Shown here: positions 58,101-64,000 of the stretch, piece by piece
Position numbering within the stretch: position 1 is the first letter of the stretch
Layout of the letters: every line of letters starts with the position of its first letter
Assembly (NCBI GenBank): GCA_905178155.1
Contig: CAJINV010000002.1
Coordinates: 12,099,621-12,163,620 of the forward strand
DNA: 64,000 bases
From: Amoebophrya sp. A120
Taxonomy: Eukaryota; Protista; Dinoflagellata
Direction of reading: 5' to 3'
Position numbers and translations under genes: made by a program
Notes under the pieces: model-generated
The model's input: the letters and a program-made list of their open reading frames with translations, nothing else
Database searches by the model: none
What the model was told of the DNA's origin: nothing

Positions 58101-61100
58101 ATCTGCCGCAAATCCTCAGCGTTCAAGTGGAAATGGGCCCGCAAATCCCCGTGGTGATAGATCACGTAGAACCAGAGACAAGCGAGCAAATGAGAGGACA
58201 AAATCACGAAGAAGCAGAGACGCATCACCTGTTTTGAAGGTAGAATGTAGAAATCACCTCTTCTGTTGCAGTTCCGAGGAAGCAGTAGAACGCAAATCCA
58301 CCAAATAGAACACGTATGCTACTTGTATGTCGTGATTGTGGATGTGTCTAAGTGAATCGACTTTGTCTGACGATGGCGAAAAAGAAGAAGAAGAACAAAC
58401 GTAGAAATCTGAGAATACTACCTGGACGGTACTATTCAAAACGAGCGTGGAGTGGCGAAACGTTTCCCCGAGTCGCACCACATACCGCACCCTCGTCAGA
58501 CGCAGCAGGAGCAGCATCTCGATGGCGGGGCCGCTGCTTCCGCCAAACAGGGAATGCACGTCGAAGATGACTTTGCAGGCGAAGACCACAAACCCCAGCA
58601 AGGAGGACGAGACGGCAATCCAGAAGGCCGGTGATCGCAGCGCGAGCTGTTGGATGTAGGCGAGCTCGATGATTTCCTCTTTCGCCCGGAAATCGAGCCG
58701 GGACTGGTAGCAGTCCTGCAAGATGACCAAACACAGGAAAAGGACGTCGAAAGTCAGGTCCAGGAAGAAAAACCAGTTCGGGATTTGTTTTTCGATCAGA
58801 AACTGTTCGAACGCCAGGAACCAGGGCGGGGCGAAAATGGTCCAGCAAGAAATTGTGAAGAGCGCGACGGAGACCTTGATGGCCACATTGGAGAACACCG
58901 AGAACAGCGCAATCTTCGGCTCCCGCTCCTCCTCCTCGCCGTCGCGCATCTTCATTTTCATCTGGAAGTATTTCTGAAAAACGCGGTCCATCGGGTTCTT
59001 CCCATCGAAGGTATCGGCGAACCGGCGGGCAAGGGACGCTTTTGGGTCGCGGACGTGGTACAGCTGTCGGACGAAGTGCATTCTACCCGCGTAGGCGTCC
59101 TGCGTATCGTCGCGGACCACGAAATCCAAGTGCAGCGCCTCCTTCCTGGACACTTTGGATATGTCCTTGTGAAAATTCAGCAGGTCGTTGTCCATGTTCC
59201 CCAGAAACCGGCTGGTGCGGCGGTCGCGACTCGCCCGTCGGTCGCGCATTACCAGCACCGCGGGATCGGTTTCGGATTTAGCGCGCCCGCGCGAAAGAAA
59301 CCTCGCCGCCTTGTCGCGGAACTGCCCCGCGCGCGGGGAGTTCGGGTTATTTGTGCCGCTGCCGCTATTTCTATTGCCGGCGGCGCTGCTGAACATAGTC
59401 GAGGAGAGAAAACTGGAGCCGGTCGGACTCTGAAACGTGGACGACTTTCGGTCTTGCCCGCCGAAGAGGAGCCCGCCGATGGCGCCCTGCCGCCGCTGCT
59501 GGTTGTCCGACGGCATCACGCTGGGTTCCGACTTCGTCTTCTGCCAGACGGATTGTAAGTTTTGGAAAACGCTCAACCGCGGACCCTGACCGGACGTCGT
59601 CGGGTGTCCGCCGCCCCCGCCAAAGTAACTGTTCCGCCACCGCGCCGTCCAGGACTGCTTCCGCGGGTCCGTGTCGTGGTTCCGAAGCGACCGGTGTTGC
59701 TCCTCGTCACCCGGAAAATAGTCCATCTTTTCCTCGAAGCTGTCAGTCGACGCAGCAGACTCGATGATGGAGTGCCCGCTTTGCGAGACGGCGCGCTGCG
59801 GCGGAAACGAAGGGTGCTGCCCGATGAAAGACGTCGAACTCGCGGAGGAGTTCGGCACCAGTTGCGGCTGTTGCTGCTGCTGCGCAGAAGTTCCGAAAAA
59901 AGCCCCATTTCCGCTCGACATAGAGGCCACACCTCCAGTTGTGCCGGCGCCCTGCGAAATCTGGCTCTGCCGTAGATGGTTCGAAGTGGAGGTGCTTGCG
60001 CGCAGCATGAGGAGAGACTGCAACCGCTCGCCCGTTCCGGAAAAAACGCGGGAGAGGACTGACGGACTTGGGCTCACGATCACATCGGCGTCGTTGATCA
60101 TGTCAGACACACGGGGCGGCGGAACGATGCCCGTGTTGGATGCGCTTGCGCGGTTCAGCAAGTTTCGACTGGTGTCGGACATGGTACTGGTTCGCAATTG
60201 CACCACTGGCTGCAAATCCGGCGGCATTGGTACTCCCCCGGCAGTTGTCTGGAACGACACAGCGGCTCCAGCATGTTGCTGCTCCTTTTCGATCTGCTCC
60301 ATCTCGAGTAGCGTGTTGAAGCGGCTATTGGGATTGTTCGAAGATGATGTTGCTCCCCCAGCTGCCTGGTTGTTGCCACCGCCCGTCGAGCTGCTGTGGT
60401 TGCTCCCCGCCTCGGACAGGCGCTGTGGCGTCAGTCCGCTCATCTTGTTGCTAGCGGACGCGTAGTGGTCTACAATTGTGCTCTGCGTGCTCAGCGTCTG
60501 CGACTGCTCGTGCTGCATAGATGTACGCACGACAGCGAGCTCTTCGAGGAGCTTTTCTTTCGTTTCCAACGAGGTTTTTTGGATCACCAGCTTTCCCTCC
60601 TTGTCGGTCGTCACGATAGCCTCGGGAAGCGCGTCCGCGGTGCGGAAGTTCGTGAAGCGGAAACTGGTGCTGGAGGCAAGTAACTCTGGATCGTTCAACG
60701 GGTCAACTGCGCGAGTCCCGGCAGAGGCTTGCGAAAAGTGATTACTCAAGGCCCCCAGCTGCTCGTGCGCGGCGTCGGCAGAGCTGCCGAAGGAGAACCG
60801 CCGGTCCTCGCCGCTGCTGGCCGAAGAGTTTTCAAATTTCGCGGTCCCGGGCGCTCCGGGCAGCGGGTTCTGTACACCTGTCGCGGTCCCAACACCCGTG
60901 CTCGAGAGGGATAAAGAAGCCTGGTCCTTCCGCGCGTGTTTACTAGGATGATGTTGTTGGCCGCCGAGAGGTGGAACGGGGACCGTCCGACTACCCCCAG
61001 TCGAGGAAGACAATGGAGTGGAGAAAGAGGGCGCAGTGTGCCTACTGGCATGCTGCACCGAGGACGCTGCACCGAGATTCTGGCTGCTCAAAAGGTCGGC

Positions 61101-61259
61101 GCCCGTATTGCTAGAGGAGGTAGAGAACAGACTGCGCCAGGGCCGGGACGTCTTGTTGTTCTGCTTATTCGCATCCTTGCCTTCGCCGCCACTCGAAGTT
61201 AGACCTTGGGGGCGACCTTTGTTAGAAACACGCAGATCCGCAATCGATCCCTCCTCCAT
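55175..61259 (-). CDS. Cyclic-nucleotide-binding-domain ion channel (CNG/HCN/KCNH superfamily; 6 exons)
   Basis: S1-S4 (WFFFLDLTFDVLF; LLLRLTRVRYVVR), S5 SHLLACLWF, S6 IAVIFGN, C-linker LRQRIFDFYNY...LSPTLNLEL, CNBD GDYVIHKNDIARECFFIVKG...NFGEMAL...KRTAWVRA. GT-AG introns 58229-58421, 57329-57532, 56633-56912 and 56131-56378, plus one family B element. Confidence 0.9.
57821..58081. mobile_element. Introner/MITE-like non-canonical intron, family B copy 4 (reverse orientation)
   Basis: TIR tatcaaatgcaaaagtgtctgggtctggaa / ttccagacccagacatttttacatttgata; perfect TSD ccagt; removal restores HLDW|DSSTT. Confidence 0.93.
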
Positions 61260-62118
61260 TTAGCCTGAAATTCTTGCGCATGGATTGACTTTGATCAGTC
61301 GGTCCACACGCAGGTCAGGAGCTGCGGAACAAGGTGACAACTGTCAGTCTTCTAAAGCCCGGGAAAATTATGACTGTCACTTAATGTTGGAGTTGGTGTT
61401 GGTGTTCCTACGGCGAGTAGTTCCTCGAGAAATCTACACCACCTCTAGCGCAGAAAAATTTGCCAACCGTCAAAAAAATACAAATGGCTTTTAGGCATAA
61501 TTGCATGAGCCAACGACCACTACGACTTCGAAATAGAAAATCTCAGCATGCCACATGCCGGTCGCTCTTCACCTCCAGAACTCAAGAACAACATTTCTTG
61601 GATCCGCATTACCGGTCGCAGGATTACGTGCCATTGCTCGCAGTGTGGTCCGTATTGTCCCGTCGAGTTCTCTTTGATGTTTCTTTTCTTTAACTGCCAG
61701 AACTTGCTTACTTCAATTTCGAGGAGCGACCCAGTCCGTGAATTTTACAAGGCTGATCTGCAGAAAAAACGTTACGTCGCTTCGAAGATATCATATATCT
61801 TCGTTCAATACGTACCCTTTGTCGTGTTTGTTTTGTATCCTTGAACTAGGTTCCAAGACCGGCTGTTTCGAGTTGTCCGTCTAGTACTCTACTTCAAGTT
61901 CAGCTACGAGAAAGAAATCTTATCGAGTACTTCTCACAAGAACGGTTCTTCATTGTACAAAAACCTTTCAATAACATGCGCTACGTACATGTTTTCACTT
62001 CATCTTCCTTAGTAAATTGCTTCTGAGTAACTACACCTCAGGCACTGCAGCCAGGCGTCGGCGACTGCGAAGCATGATGGCGAACGCGATCGGTTGCTGA
62101 CAGAAGTAAAGTGCATTT

Positions 62119-64000
62119 TTAGTTCAGCATGAGTGTGGGTAGAAAGTCCGATCTGTTGTCTTCGAGACTTACTCTCGGCCGAAGTGATGCCTCCATGGTC
62201 GAGCGGATGCGCTCCCCTTCCGTTGCCAGGAAATCTTCGATCTTGGCTTGTCGGCGCGCCGCAAGTTTCGCAGCGGCGGCTTGCTTCTGCATCGATTTGG
62301 GTGCAGGGACAACGTGCGAAAAGTCCGGCCCCAGGTATTGTTGCGCCACTGGGTTGCGATAACTGCTCGATGAACTGGTGGGCACCGTGGTTTTGGTTTC
62401 CAAAATGCTTTTCCGAACCGCGTTTTCCCGCTGCTGCAGCGGGGTCATCTGTTTCGGCAGCACACCGGGCTCGATCGGCATGCGATCTACCTTCTGTCCC
62501 TCTCCGAACGCGGGGAACAGACACTTCAAGTTGTAGCCCATCGGCCCCGAGATCCCGTTCGTGCAGCGTTCGTGCGTCATGATCGGGTCGGTTCCATATT
62601 CCTCCAGCATGTGCCCCCGGTACCCGGGGGTGTACCGCCCCCTCTGCAGGTAGAAACCCCGGAACGCCATGTCCATGGCTGTTCCCTTAGGTGGCAAGCT
62701 GTCGTCGTAGCTCTTTCCAGAAACCGCGTCCGTGGTCGGATTCATCTTGCGGGTACGGCTGAACGCCATCCGCTGCATCTCCGAGAGGATCCGCTCGTCC
62801 GCCCGCTCCTTCTTGGGTTTCCGGGCCCGGTACTCCCAGTACTCGGGCGCCTCGCTGATGTTCTGCAGCGCCAGAAACTGGGCTGCCGTGTAGAGCAAAT
62901 CAATTAGTTCGTTCACCAGCATTCCCAACGTTGCCGCCACGGGCGCAACCCCGTTGACCACCGTTTGTCCGGCCTTGGCCGCATTGGCAAACTTTTTCAC
63001 CACCTCTGTCACGCATTTCCCGGGGTAATAGAGCTTCAAATCTTCGAGCTCCTTCGACAAAGTGTCTACGCCTGGAGTTTGTTGTTCCTCTGCGACCGCA
63101 CCTGTGGCAGCTTCTTCGCCGGCGCTGGTCGACGCCCCCGCGGGGGTAATTGTCGCTGGCCCCGCCGCGTTGGCGGCTGCGGCCATGGCCGCCGCCTGCG
63201 TGGCCCGTTGCATCTGCAAAGCTCCCGAAAGTGTTTCGTATTCCTTCGTGGTGTCCGGGCAGAAGTGCTTGATCGGTCTCAACGCCTCTACCCCCACGTC
63301 TGCTAATACGCCCGCAACTTTACCGATCACCGCGGCTATGAAGGTTGCAGGATCCTTCAAGTCGACGGTGAGGTCTTTGAAAAATTCACCGGCCGCGCGC
63401 AGCGGCGCCAGGTAGTCTTGGGGCCCGTCCACCGCTTCTCGAAGCTTGTTTTCGTAATACTCCACCATCTGTTCCACTTCCGTTGCGCCCGCGGTCTGTG
63501 TGTCATCGCGAATGTTGCCAATGTCCATCGCGGTGCGCCGGATCTTCTTCGTCAGCAGTTGTGGAATCGCGGTGAGACTAATAGTGGTCTTCGGCACCAG
63601 CGTTGCGTTTGCGCGGGCCGTCTGTTCTGCCAGCTGTTCTTCCCTTGCCAGCGCAGCTGCGTCTTCAGTTGCGAACGTGGTACTTGCAGGGGATGTTAGA
63701 GCAGGAGCAGCTCCTTCATCTACTTTAGCGTTGAAGAATGCCGAGCCGTCGTCTTTATCTGCCCCAACCACTTCCGCGTCGTTACCAGCAGTGCCAGCGT
63801 CTGTGACAAAGAAGCTCTGGTGTTCAGGCAAGAAGGACAGTTTTCCAAACACCTGCAGCCCGCGCTGCACTTCCGAGATGCGCTTGTGAATCACTTCCTC
63901 GGTGTGGTACAGGTTGGAAGCCGTGTTACGCTCGATCTCAGCCCACATCGGATCATCTTTCGGGACTGGTTCCAAGTCGTTCTTCTCGTGCGCGTACTGG
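62119..64000 (-). CDS. Hypothetical protein, partial (5' end beyond window)
   Basis: Frame of more than 620 aa, open to the right edge (QYAHEKNDLEPVPKDD...); no recognisable domain. Confidence 0.7.
   Translation of the reverse strand, partial: QYAHEKNDLEPVPKDDPMWAEIERNTASNLYHTEEVIHKRISEVQRGLQVFGKLSFLPEHQSFFVTDAGTAGNDAEVVGADKDDGSAFFNAKVDEGAAPALTSPASTTFATEDAAALAREEQLAEQTARANATLVPKTTISLTAIPQLLTKKIRRTAMDIGNIRDDTQTAGATEVEQMVEYYENKLREAVDGPQDYLAPLRAAGEFFKDLTVDLKDPATFIAAVIGKVAGVLADVGVEALRPIKHFCPDTTKEYETLSGALQMQRATQAAAMAAAANAAGPATITPAGASTSAGEEAATGAVAEEQQTPGVDTLSKELEDLKLYYPGKCVTEVVKKFANAAKAGQTVVNGVAPVAATLGMLVNELIDLLYTAAQFLALQNISEAPEYWEYRARKPKKERADERILSEMQRMAFSRTRKMNPTTDAVSGKSYDDSLPPKGTAMDMAFRGFYLQRGRYTPGYRGHMLEEYGTDPIMTHERCTNGISGPMGYNLKCLFPAFGEGQKVDRMPIEPGVLPKQMTPLQQRENAVRKSILETKTTVPTSSSSSYRNPVAQQYLGPDFSHVVPAPKSMQKQAAAAKLAARRQAKIEDFLATEGERIRSTMEASLRPRVSLEDNRSDFLPTLMLN

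Noticed and set aside
46190-58237. Recurring peptides CKNVWVWK / FQTQTFLHLI / MSGSGR in several ORFs
   Set aside because: These are translations of the family B TIR, not a protein repeat.
1-64000. Autonomous transposase/RT, rRNA, tRNA or spliced-leader gene
   Set aside because: None recognised by eye; absence not computationally verified.

Overview
Eukaryotic, gene-dense window, most likely from a syndinian dinoflagellate (Amoebophrya-like; inferred from gene orientation and intron type). All ~16 protein-coding genes I can support lie on the minus strand. Recognisable genes are a multi-C2 ferlin (3888-16924), a nucleotide-sugar transporter, a WDR70-like WD40 protein, a tandem cNMP-binding protein, an MFS transporter, a HELQ/POLQ-type helicase and a CNBD ion channel; the rest are hypothetical. 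Two features stand out. (1) Ten non-canonical introns are MITE-like elements from five families with unrelated TIRs, yet they share one design: TAT...ATA termini, a 5-bp target-site duplication, reading frame restored when the element plus one TSD is removed, and an internal GCATNACAA motif in both orientations. Two families occur in both orientations. (2) The transporter gene sits on the same strand inside a 3.1-kb GT-AG intron of the ferlin gene. Exon structures were worked out by hand from reading frames and conserved motifs, without RNA evidence.
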